64,000 nt of DNA from a virus (taxonomy: Duplodnaviria > Caudoviricetes): positions 128,001 through 192,000 of IMG/VR virus record IMGVR_UViG_3300032321_001270. One strand, given 5' to 3'. The translations under genes and the position numbers were made by a program. The stretch's first letter is position 1, and the number at the start of each line of letters is the position of its first letter. Positions 8,559-16,776 of this stretch are shown here, piece by piece. The notes below the pieces were generated by a model. The model was not told the DNA's origin. It ran no database searches and was given only the letters and a program-made list of their open reading frames with translations.

Positions 8559-9206
8559 TCAGTCAAGAACGCGCGCGACGACGTTCTCTCGCGTCACCGT
8601 CCGCTGATAGGTGATCCGGTACGATCCCGGCGGAAGCAGCCAATCGCCGTGCTCCGGGTGCGTCACCGTGTTGGGCTCGGTCAGCGTGAAGATCGGGCCG
8701 GCAAACTGCAGCAGCGCGACGGCGTCAGAAATGTGCATATGCACACCGTCAGTCGTCGGGTTCTGCCGGCGATCTTCCCACTCGGCGTTACGCAGATCAG
8801 ACCGCCAATCGGGCATCGACGGCTTGATGTTGAATTGCGCCGCGATCTGCACCGCAACCTCATCGCTTTCGGCGTCGAGCGGCGAGTAAACAGTTACGCC
8901 GTTGCCGTGGGCGAGGCAGTGCCGGCTGCCTTTTGTATTACCCTCGGCAAGTTGCATCGGGAACGTCGGTTCCGACTGCCTATAGAGCATCGGCGCCTTG
9001 GTAACCGTATCAATCAGCTGAATATAGATGTCGCCCTGCCGAACGGCGTCGCCAATGCTGGCGGCTTCGGGAAACTGCTGGGGCGCGTCGTTCTTAATCT
9101 TTTCCACCGCCTCCTGCGCCTCGCGAAGCTGGCGGACGGCGGCGTTGTTCGTAATCGGGTTGTCGAGAACTGCAGTACTCATCTTTGTAAACTCCTTGGA
9201 AATCAC
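8559..9206 (-). CDS. RQGD-motif protein (usual partner of DUF6745)
   Basis: RQGDIYI...LAEGNTKGSRHCL...HPEHGDWLLPPGSYRITYQR. Confidence 0.75.
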   Translation of the reverse strand: MISKEFTKMSTAVLDNPITNNAAVRQLREAQEAVEKIKNDAPQQFPEAASIGDAVRQGDIYIQLIDTVTKAPMLYRQSEPTFPMQLAEGNTKGSRHCLAHGNGVTVYSPLDAESDEVAVQIAAQFNIKPSMPDWRSDLRNAEWEDRRQNPTTDGVHMHISDAVALLQFAGPIFTLTEPNTVTHPEHGDWLLPPGSYRITYQRTVTRENVVARVLD

Positions 9207-10636
9207 GATGCGCCGACCAACCGAATTGGGTTGGCGGCATAGGGAACACGGGTAGTATTACCGGAATCGGCCATCCACGCCTGAGCTTCCACGCAACTAC
9301 TGATGTTGCGCGGCACGCCCAGAAAATAACGCCGCCCGGTAGAGCGGCAGAACAATACCATGCGGTTTTGCCGGCTGGTCTGTGCGTCAGAATTAGGCGG
9401 GCCAACCAGCATTTCAATCGTGTTATCAATGTCGTTTACTCGGCGATCGAGCACCGGGCAATCGGCTTCAGCGATAAAGCGGTCCCAGCCAAACTTCTCG
9501 ATGGCGAGGCGGCGCGTTTCTTCGTTGCGGATCTTCAGGATGTGCTGCGTCGAGAGCTTTTGCGGCTCTTCAACGATAGTCCTGCCGCCCTCGTCCATAT
9601 AGTGGCCGTCGTTGAACCACAGAGCCGTGCCATCCGACCATTCCACAGCGGGACCAGTCGTGTTATGGAGATTGCCTTCTTCATTAACATGCATCTTCGG
9701 GCGGGCAGCCAAGATGATGCAGGACTGCTGGAACGCGGCAAACGACGTGCAGTGGTGAAACACTTCGTGCTCCCACGTCATTTCTGGATCGTCGATCTTT
9801 AGCATCCGACACAGAATCTCGGCGTCAATTGCCTTGGGCGTCGCTCCGAGAAACACCGTTCCGGTAGAGTCGCTATCTTCGGGCCGCAACAGATCAGAGA
9901 TATCTAAAGCCCGACGCAGGTCGCCGATGGCGCTGAGCGTCGTGTTGCTATCCCAGATCGCCTTGTTGGCAATCTCGTTCTGCTTGATTTGAGCTCTATG
10001 GGTGTCGTTGGTTATTGTACGTCCGTCCCAACCGCGACTCGTCGTTTGAACTGTGTCCAAACCAGTCGTGTCGTTGAGGGTCGAGCGCAGCATTTGCATA
10101 ACCAGCGTCAGGTCGTTCGTCCGGTAAGCAACCTGCACGTTGTTGCTGTCGTTATTCTGCCGGTTGCGCCACCACCGGCGCATGAGGCCGTTGGTCGTAG
10201 CAACAAGCTGTTCTCGGGACAGATACTCTTCTCGCACCGCCCGCAGCCACGTACGAGTGAACTCGTTGTTGGTCTGCTGCCACCAGCGTTCCCGTCCCGT
10301 GTTCCACCGGGCCAGCGAGTCCTTACGGATCCGGCCGAGAAAACTTCGCTCTATACCCAGCTCGCGGCAGAGCGTTTCGGCGTATCGTTTGGCCATGCGG
10401 CCGCGGGCAACCGACACGGCGATCATGAACGCCAGCGGCGACTGCACCGTGTGAAACGTGACGTCCATCTTCTTATAGCGATCGCTACGATGCGTGCCGA
10501 TGCCGTTTTCGTATGCCGCGCGCAGGCAGGTTTGCGCCTTTTCGATATTCGGGGTGCCTTCTGTCAGCGTCTGCACCCAACGTTCAATCGTGTTGTGCAC
10601 AATCGTGCGATTAACTTTGGAGATTTTGGACTTCAT
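9203..10636 (-). CDS. DUF6745 domain protein
   Basis: LHNTTGPAVEWSDGTALWFNDGH, IRNEETRRLAIEKFGW and CRSTGRRYFLGVP motifs. Confidence 0.75.
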   Translation of the reverse strand: MKSKISKVNRTIVHNTIERWVQTLTEGTPNIEKAQTCLRAAYENGIGTHRSDRYKKMDVTFHTVQSPLAFMIAVSVARGRMAKRYAETLCRELGIERSFLGRIRKDSLARWNTGRERWWQQTNNEFTRTWLRAVREEYLSREQLVATTNGLMRRWWRNRQNNDSNNVQVAYRTNDLTLVMQMLRSTLNDTTGLDTVQTTSRGWDGRTITNDTHRAQIKQNEIANKAIWDSNTTLSAIGDLRRALDISDLLRPEDSDSTGTVFLGATPKAIDAEILCRMLKIDDPEMTWEHEVFHHCTSFAAFQQSCIILAARPKMHVNEEGNLHNTTGPAVEWSDGTALWFNDGHYMDEGGRTIVEEPQKLSTQHILKIRNEETRRLAIEKFGWDRFIAEADCPVLDRRVNDIDNTIEMLVGPPNSDAQTSRQNRMVLFCRSTGRRYFLGVPRNISSCVEAQAWMADSGNTTRVPYAANPIRLVGAS

Positions 10637-10637
10637 G

Positions 10638-11024
10638 TCAATTTGTTACTGGAGTAGTGGTAGCGACAAAACCGCATGCTAATTCGTTTTCTAAATTTTT
10701 GCCTCGCCCGAACATCCACGAGTGTTCTGGTTTAATGCACTCAAACCAGTCGGCCATTGTGGGTATAAGTCCAAGGTCTTCTTTCACGTGCTGTTCCCCT
10801 ACGTAGCGCACTGGCACAACGCGGCCGTCGCTATTTGTGATCGTCTTACCGAAGATCTTTTCTAATAAGAAAATACCCTCAGAGTGGTGCCGCAGCGCAC
10901 GGTGCCGGAAATCAGCCATGTGCGCTTTGGACTCATCAAACCAGTCGTGGATTGGCTGGTAGTCTTCTACGCAGCCGCCCCACCTGCTAACTGATGACAG
11001 TGCGTGGTGATATGGATGTGCCAT
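10638..11024 (-). CDS. DUF6915 family protein
   Basis: HPYHHALSS..RWGG...IHDWFDESK...RHRALRHHSEG...GEQHVKED. Confidence 0.85.
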   Translation of the reverse strand: MAHPYHHALSSVSRWGGCVEDYQPIHDWFDESKAHMADFRHRALRHHSEGIFLLEKIFGKTITNSDGRVVPVRYVGEQHVKEDLGLIPTMADWFECIKPEHSWMFGRGKNLENELACGFVATTTPVTN

Positions 11025-11053
11025 TATTTACGCAACCTTCATGTTATTTGACT

Positions 11054-11554
11054 TCAACAGGTTGAAAATATTCGACGCCGCGCGTCTTCTCTGGCGACAA
11101 ACATTTCAATTGTTTCTCGCTTTTCTCGGCCGCCGTAGCCAAACCGGTCGTCAACCCAGCGGTCTAGGCCGTAGCCGCGCCATTCAATATCGACAGTCTT
11201 CTTGTTGACTTTGGTGACAACATAGTGCGCATATCCATCGCCTTTCGGCACCACAAACAATTTGCCGACTTGCAGGCCGTCGGGCAGGCTGTTTGCGTAT
11301 GCTTTTGCGCTGCGATAATGTTCTTCGACGTGCTGCGTGTATTCGTCCGGCGGTCGGAACGACATAGTAACCGGCGTTAAAACATCAACACTGACAACAT
11401 ATTGGTCTGGCGTTAGTGCGTCGTTAATAATTACTTGCCGGCCGGCGGCGTAATACTTGATTGATTCCGGGTCCCAGCGCGACACGATGCCGTATTGCAT
11501 GTAACCATTCTGCAGCCATTTCACCTGATACAGGTCGGGGATTGGGGTGTGCAT
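11054..11554 (-). CDS. hypothetical protein
   Basis: ORF track; GDGYAHYVVTKV motif. Confidence 0.7.
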   Translation of the reverse strand: MHTPIPDLYQVKWLQNGYMQYGIVSRWDPESIKYYAAGRQVIINDALTPDQYVVSVDVLTPVTMSFRPPDEYTQHVEEHYRSAKAYANSLPDGLQVGKLFVVPKGDGYAHYVVTKVNKKTVDIEWRGYGLDRWVDDRFGYGGREKRETIEMFVAREDARRRIFSTC

Positions 11555-11557
11555 GTG

Positions 11558-11767
11558 TTACTCGCTTGTGTAAAGGTCAAGAACGTGATGTAAATCGCTG
11601 TGCGTAGCTGACCAATCCATTTTGTCCTCAACGACTTCGGCGGCGTGTTCCCATTCGTCGTTATCTTCTCGATCAAACATATCTGCTGACCACCACGCAA
11701 GGATGATGCTTTTGGTGCCGCCGCGTTTGGCCGACTCTAGGTTTCTAATTGCGTCGTCAATCGTCAT
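11558..11767 (-). CDS. hypothetical protein
   Basis: MTIDDAIRNL start with GAGGA SD. Confidence 0.6.
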   Translation of the reverse strand: MTIDDAIRNLESAKRGGTKSIILAWWSADMFDREDNDEWEHAAEVVEDKMDWSATHSDLHHVLDLYTSE

Positions 11768-11951
11768 CGGACTCTTCCTCAAACGTGTCGTACGGGGCTT
11801 CGCACGCTTCGACCAGTTCTTTGTCAGATAACCTATTTACGCGTTCTAGCAGCGCCGCACGCAGTTGGGCGCCGGTAACGTCTTCTCCGGTCTCGTCTGT
11901 GCTGCCGGGAACCTCAAACCCGAATGTGTAGGCGTGATTGTATTTTGTCAT
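11757..11951 (-). CDS. hypothetical protein
   Basis: YNHAYTFGFEV...CEAPYDTFEE; GAGGA SD. Confidence 0.7.
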   Translation of the reverse strand: MTKYNHAYTFGFEVPGSTDETGEDVTGAQLRAALLERVNRLSDKELVEACEAPYDTFEEESDDD

Positions 11952-12199
11952 CAGTCGTCCTCGTTTTCTCCTTGATTAGCCAGCCGCGGGACGATGCGTT
12001 CGTGCTGTTCGTCGGGGTCTCCACTCGCGGCCAGCATGTTCTCCAAAACATCGATTTCTTCGTCAAACGCTTCATCCGCCAGATCCATGTGGGTGAGGAT
12101 TTTATCTGTCGTTTTGGGATATTCCGTTACCGCCACACGAATAAATTCAAGAACTGTGATCACGGCATGATGCAGATCAGGTGAAAACTTCTTGGCCAT
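11951..12199 (-). CDS. hypothetical protein
   Basis: TAATG overlap with the upstream stop. Confidence 0.65.
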   Translation of the reverse strand: MAKKFSPDLHHAVITVLEFIRVAVTEYPKTTDKILTHMDLADEAFDEEIDVLENMLAASGDPDEQHERIVPRLANQGENEDD

Positions 12200-12648
12200 T
12201 ACCACTCCGATTCGCTGGTATTTACGTCGTTGACGCGTTCGTTGTGGACCATCCGTACTTTTCTGGTCGCGGTGTCAATTGTGATTTCGCCGTAGCTGCC
12301 GTCATTGATTTCCCAGCCGCCGGGCAGCAGGTCAAAGAATGCGTCACGAAACCTTTCGTACGCTTTTTCTGTGATGAGTGACGTTGGTTCAACCTTGGGA
12401 TCTTTGACGTATCGCATTTTGAACATGTGTTCGTTTAAAACCCGCTTGCTTTGGCTGGTTGTGCCCATGCTCACAGCCTGATCCGCCCGCGCGATCGGGT
12501 CATCAAAACGAAACTGCACAAAGTTGAAATCGCCTGAGTCGCCGCTGCCTTCGTATTCAGCCGTAATAGACGTAACACCGATGGCCTCAAACAGCGGGCA
12601 AATCTCTTTGAGCGTGTCGGCCGGCGTTAAGGTTTTTGCTTTTGCCAT
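12199..12648 (-). CDS. DUF6878 family protein
   Basis: GVTSITAEYEGSGDSG and GWEINDGSYGEITID motifs. Confidence 0.8.
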   Translation of the reverse strand: MAKAKTLTPADTLKEICPLFEAIGVTSITAEYEGSGDSGDFNFVQFRFDDPIARADQAVSMGTTSQSKRVLNEHMFKMRYVKDPKVEPTSLITEKAYERFRDAFFDLLPGGWEINDGSYGEITIDTATRKVRMVHNERVNDVNTSESEW

Positions 12649-12657
12649 AAAATCTCC

Positions 12658-13167
12658 TCAGTAAGACGCCAAGACGGTGCAGGGTTTACCAGTCTGCTTT
12701 TCTTTCTCTTCCGCCAACGTCACAAAATCTCTAAACGATTGCGTAACCCGCTCAGTCATGTCAGCGGCGTCGTCCGGGTAGAGCCGATGCTGGCGTTCAC
12801 GCACGGCTTCCTCTACCGTCATTGGTCGCGTAGTGTCAGTCTGCACTTCTGGGCCGATAACGTCGGCGCCGGCTGCGCGCATCATGTTTATCATCTCGGC
12901 CGCGAGTGTGTGTCCGCTGCCGGAATCGTGTCTCGCCGGTTCTGTTACGCGGGTCAACCGCTCGCGCATCACAGCGGCTGGAATTGCTGCGCGGCAGTCA
13001 TCGGCCTCGAACGCCTCGCGCACGAGAATTCGAGTGGCATAAGGTCCGCCGTGGTAAGCCTCGCGCAGATACCCGACGTTTCCCGACATAATCGAAAAAC
13101 CCGTGGCCTGCGCTTTTTTTTCTTCTTCCTCCATCCCGTCCCACTCCAAATAGATATCAATACCCAT
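12658..13167 (-). CDS. hypothetical protein
   Basis: MGIDIYL...GYLREAYHGG; TAATG overlap. Confidence 0.7.
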   Translation of the reverse strand: MGIDIYLEWDGMEEEEKKAQATGFSIMSGNVGYLREAYHGGPYATRILVREAFEADDCRAAIPAAVMRERLTRVTEPARHDSGSGHTLAAEMINMMRAAGADVIGPEVQTDTTRPMTVEEAVRERQHRLYPDDAADMTERVTQSFRDFVTLAEEKEKQTGKPCTVLASY

Positions 13168-13397
13168 TACTTGTTTGCCTTTTGCCGTTTGATGGTGTCG
13201 AGCCAAGCAGCTTTATCTGTTTCTGCAACAGAAATTGCAGAGCTGCGGCTAGCCGTCAACTTGACGATTTTTTTGTTGTCGCATTTGCCGACGTTAGCAG
13301 CAGTCATGGCGATCATTTCAGCCGCCTTTCTGTCGGCAGCGTTGACAACAAATTGTTGGTTTTCGCTGTCGGTAATGTCGATGTGGTAATAAGGCAT
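13167..13397 (-). CDS. hypothetical protein
   Basis: MPYYHIDI start with GGAG SD. Confidence 0.65.
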   Translation of the reverse strand: MPYYHIDITDSENQQFVVNAADRKAAEMIAMTAANVGKCDNKKIVKLTASRSSAISVAETDKAAWLDTIKRQKANK

Positions 13398-13416
13398 GTG
13401 TGCTCCAGTTAAATGA

Positions 13417-13458
13417 GGAGGGCGCCGGGGCCGAAACCCCGACGCCCTCCATGGCGTC
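13417..13458 (-). promoter_or_regulatory. overlapping terminator-like hairpin and CsrA-type ANGGAN hairpin (putative RNA switch)
   Basis: 14-bp stem 13417-13430 / 13437-13450 with a UUCG-containing loop; alternative perfect 6-bp stem GACGCC-AUGGAG-GGCGUC at 13441-13458. Confidence 0.65.
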
Positions 13459-13484
13459 AAAAGTAGTTACCTAGAGACGATAGT

Positions 13485-13823
13485 TCACCGACAGCCGCAG
13501 CTGCTGCAACCACCGCGACAGGCGCGGCCGGCGCGAACAACGCGCACCGGAGCGGCGACGACCGCTACCGGAACTGCAATCGTCGCGCGGGTTACCTTCC
13601 GCGTCCGTTCAATCGTGCGGCCAAACAGGGCGGGACGGCTCGAACTGCGGCAAGAGCTTTCCGTGCAACAGGTGCCTTCGGCGCACGCCGTGACGGGCGC
13701 AGCCACAATTGCCGGCGCAACCACTACTGGCTGCTTCAGCACGCTCTGCGGTTCGCCGGCATCACCAGCGAGAGCCACGGACGAAACGAACGCCAGAACC
13801 ACCGCGACAAAACAAGACTTCAT
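13485..13823 (-). CDS. secreted Cys-rich small protein
   Basis: Signal peptide MKSCFVAVVLAFVSSVALA; CAEGTCCTESSC and CRGGCSSCGCR; AAGGAG SD. Confidence 0.8.
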   Translation of the reverse strand: MKSCFVAVVLAFVSSVALAGDAGEPQSVLKQPVVVAPAIVAAPVTACAEGTCCTESSCRSSSRPALFGRTIERTRKVTRATIAVPVAVVAAPVRVVRAGRACRGGCSSCGCR

Positions 13824-13892
13824 GTCAATCTCCTTGAACTACCGAACGAACGCTGCAGCACGCGCTGCAGCCACCCGACTGGTTGTACTACT

Positions 13893-13942
13893 TGTATAGC
13901 CAATCAGGATTTGGAATCAATCCCAATTTCAACCGTGAAATT
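13893..13942 (-). promoter_or_regulatory. putative sigma70-like promoter with operator-like IR
   Basis: Minus strand TTGATT-16 nt-TATACA (13920-13893); AATTTC-N6-GAAATT at 13925-13942. Confidence 0.4.
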
Positions 13943-13956
13943 AGGGTATTTTGAAA

Positions 13957-14229
13957 TTATGTGCCGTTTTGCACGACGCTCACGTTGTGTTGCGTCATTT
14001 TTTCGTTGAGCCATTTATCCTCGGCCGCCAACGCCGCCGCCCGACATTTAAACCCGGTGAACAGCGGACCGCCGACTGGCGACAGGTCTGCCATCCACTC
14101 TCCGGGCTTTTCTTCATTTGGTTCGACGTGGCTGGCCCTTTTGATATCAAGACTGCCCAGCGTAGACAAATCGATGTCTTCGCCGTAAAGGCACTGGGCG
14201 GTCCCATTTGGTCTGATGTAAATGTTCAT
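13957..14229 (-). CDS. conserved hypothetical protein (AAA module partner)
   Basis: LYGEDIDL..LG.L.IKRASHVEP...W.ADLSPVGGP pattern, recalled from planctomycete AAA/DUF1257 clusters. Confidence 0.75.
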   Translation of the reverse strand: MNIYIRPNGTAQCLYGEDIDLSTLGSLDIKRASHVEPNEEKPGEWMADLSPVGGPLFTGFKCRAAALAAEDKWLNEKMTQHNVSVVQNGT

Positions 14230-15188
14230 ACGCCACCCATAGACATGAGACGTCTGGCTGGGACAAGCGCATCCATATTGACCGGCTGCGTTGTGGGCAT
14301 CAGGTGGTTTAGCGCGCGGGCTCTTTGGCTCCGCGGTACATTATACGCCTGAAACTGATCGTATCGTTCAATGGTTGCCGCAGGGAATATTGCGTCCTCT
14401 GTGACCGAGATACGGTCGTAGCCGTTAGTGGATGTGGGCGGCCTGAAAATGATGCGGCCGCCAATCACCATGCAATGACCGCCAAATACCAGCAGCGCGT
14501 TGATCGACTCGACATTTGCAATGACAGCAAAGTCAACGACCTTGAGCCGATTTTCGTCAAGTAGCGATGTGTCTGTGTTACCTTTGTATAAAGACAGTTG
14601 ATGCAGTTTGCTGGAAAGCACCTGCGCGTTGCCGGCGACAGTGACGTAACCCTGTAGCGTAGATTTGCACACGTGTGCGTCGCCTGCAATATACGCAGCG
14701 CCCTCCATCGACGTCATCATGACAACCGCTTCGCCGGCAATCCTCGAATCGCCGCGCATGGTGCAGCTTTTAACCGTCGGGTTTCCGAGCACAATTGCAC
14801 GATCCTGCAACACAGTGGAGCCCAGTAGCGTTCCGCCAATTACTCGCGCCATATGCAGCACGCGCGAATCATCAGCCGCCCGCGCTTGACCACCAACATA
14901 CGCCGTGTTTGTTACTTTTACGCGATCAGTGAGATGGGCATAACCACAAACCTGCGCTTTGTGCGTAATCTCTGCTCTACCTTCTACTACTGCGTGGTGA
15001 TATACCTGCGCAAATTTATTTACAAACGCTGTATCAGCTACTTTGGCTGTATCTGCAACCCAGCCGCCGCCGTTGGCGTGCCGGTGCGCAAAAACTCGAC
15101 CAAGACCGTCTTTAAAATCGTGCTTGGACGCCCGTTTCTTTCGAATCTTCTTCGCGGTCGCCGTAGACGATGTTTCCTCCATTCTCAC
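14226..15188 (-). CDS. left-handed beta-helix (hexapeptide repeat) protein
   Basis: HRHANGGGWVADTAKVADTAFV followed by regular A.V.g.A.I hexapeptides. Confidence 0.8.
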   Translation of the reverse strand: MRMEETSSTATAKKIRKKRASKHDFKDGLGRVFAHRHANGGGWVADTAKVADTAFVNKFAQVYHHAVVEGRAEITHKAQVCGYAHLTDRVKVTNTAYVGGQARAADDSRVLHMARVIGGTLLGSTVLQDRAIVLGNPTVKSCTMRGDSRIAGEAVVMMTSMEGAAYIAGDAHVCKSTLQGYVTVAGNAQVLSSKLHQLSLYKGNTDTSLLDENRLKVVDFAVIANVESINALLVFGGHCMVIGGRIIFRPPTSTNGYDRISVTEDAIFPAATIERYDQFQAYNVPRSQRARALNHLMPTTQPVNMDALVPARRLMSMGGV

Positions 15189-16129
15189 TCCATTCGCATG
15201 ACGCGTCGGCGTGGCGCGTCGGTGATCAGGCTGTCGAGCGAAACCTTGAGATCGCTCATCTGAGTACGAAGGGTCTGCTGCATTTCTTCGTTCTTGCGCA
15301 GTTCCTTCGGGTCGACGCCGGCGACCAGCGCGTTGGCTTGATCAATCAACGCCTCAAGCTGCGCGTTCGACCGCACATTCATGTGACGGAAATTCTCGTA
15401 GAACTCTTTGAAGTTCTCGATTGTCGACGCGGTGAATACCTTTTTCTTGCCGTCCGGTTCTTCTGTGAGCCGCTCGATAAGATGCGTGACAAGGCCCTGT
15501 AGCGTTTCTGCAAACGCGTCTTCGGCCATAGCCACGGCATTCTCAAATCGTCGTTGCACGCGGTTCTGCTCAGCCTGATAGACCCCCGGGTTGAGCGCCA
15601 CAAGATAACGTGGCGGCTCGATCGGCGGGTACTCCCACGAGATATCAAAAACGCCTTCCAGCGTCGCCGGGTAATCGTTGGGATTAAACAGGCTTCCAAG
15701 CTTTTCGCGGGCGGCATTTTTGATGGCGTCGTACTCAAGCTGCAGGTTTGCCACAGCGGCTGCGAGCTGATCTTTGTATCCGCTCATCGTTTCTTCAAAG
15801 CGCGCGACGTCTTCCTGCTTAATCAACCGCGTACCCTCTTGTGGATACGGCAGCGTAATACCGCGCCAAAAAGTCTGCGCCTGACTCTTGATCGCGGTGG
15901 CCGCGCGGTAGGCCGGATGCTTGGTGTCAATCAGTCTCTTCGACGCGGTGACCAGATCAGTCGCGGCGTCGAACGTGTCGGCAGCCTGCTTGGTCTGCGC
16001 ATCTGAAAGCTTGCGCTGAGTGCCAAGCCACGAGAAGGAAAGCCGGACCGCGCCCATCGTCTGACGCAGATCGTTCGCTGTCTGCTCTATTGAATTTGTT
16101 TCTGGTGTTGTAATTTCTGTTGTAGACAT
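15185..16129 (-). CDS. conserved helical protein (DUF3150-like), AAA module partner
   Basis: AVRLSFSWLG..RKL...ASKRLIDT...TLPYP..G.RLI...LF...DYP pattern. Confidence 0.65.
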   Translation of the reverse strand: MSTTEITTPETNSIEQTANDLRQTMGAVRLSFSWLGTQRKLSDAQTKQAADTFDAATDLVTASKRLIDTKHPAYRAATAIKSQAQTFWRGITLPYPQEGTRLIKQEDVARFEETMSGYKDQLAAAVANLQLEYDAIKNAAREKLGSLFNPNDYPATLEGVFDISWEYPPIEPPRYLVALNPGVYQAEQNRVQRRFENAVAMAEDAFAETLQGLVTHLIERLTEEPDGKKKVFTASTIENFKEFYENFRHMNVRSNAQLEALIDQANALVAGVDPKELRKNEEMQQTLRTQMSDLKVSLDSLITDAPRRRVMRME

Positions 16130-16708
16130 TCAGTCTTCCTCGTCTTCGTTAACCATCTCGTCAATATTGAACATTGTCACAAGATCTCGTGGCAGCGTAC
16201 TTTCGACCGCGGCGACTGTGTCGGGTATTTCGTACTCCTGTATCGCGCCGTTGTCGTAGATGCCGCAGAAATTTAATCCCGGCTCAAAAAAGTACGCTTT
16301 GACATTAAAGCCGCGAGACTGTCGCATGTACTCAAAGAATTCAACCGGCGGGGACCACGCGGAATCAAACCGAAGATTTACACGAGTGGCTGTCGGTCGT
16401 AGCGCCTGCCGACGCGGAGCATCTTTTTCGCGGCCCACATCCCATTTTGTACCCCAGTGACCCACTTGCCATTCGTACCAGTTTCTAGCGCCGTAGAGCT
16501 GAATGTTTTGCTGCTCTTGCGCCTCTAACGTTATTTGCTCAGGCGATCCAGCCGGCCCAGCACAACCAGCTACGGTATTTTTTAGTTCTGGCGGGCACGG
16601 CATAAATGTGCCCATAAGTTGTCCGCTATTCCATGCGCGCACAATGTTATTTAATTCTTTCAGATCTTCGTGTTTAAACGTCACATAGTTGGTGCACCAG
16701 TTTGGCAT
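16130..16708 (-). CDS. DUF1281/YubB ferredoxin-like domain protein
   Basis: MPNWC.N, NWYEW...HWGTKWD, FDSAWSPP and FEPGLNFCG motifs. Confidence 0.85.
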   Translation of the reverse strand: MPNWCTNYVTFKHEDLKELNNIVRAWNSGQLMGTFMPCPPELKNTVAGCAGPAGSPEQITLEAQEQQNIQLYGARNWYEWQVGHWGTKWDVGREKDAPRRQALRPTATRVNLRFDSAWSPPVEFFEYMRQSRGFNVKAYFFEPGLNFCGIYDNGAIQEYEIPDTVAAVESTLPRDLVTMFNIDEMVNEDEED

Positions 16709-16722
16709 AGCGTCTCCGATCA

Positions 16723-16769
16723 GCAATCCGCAGCTGCGGGGCAGTGACGCCCCGCAGCCGCAGTATTGC
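16723..16769 (-). promoter_or_regulatory. long intergenic hairpin without U-tract
   Basis: Perfect 10-bp core 16733-16742 / 16749-16758, extendable to about 20 bp with G-U pairs on the minus strand. Confidence 0.6.
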
Positions 16770-16776
16770 CAATACT

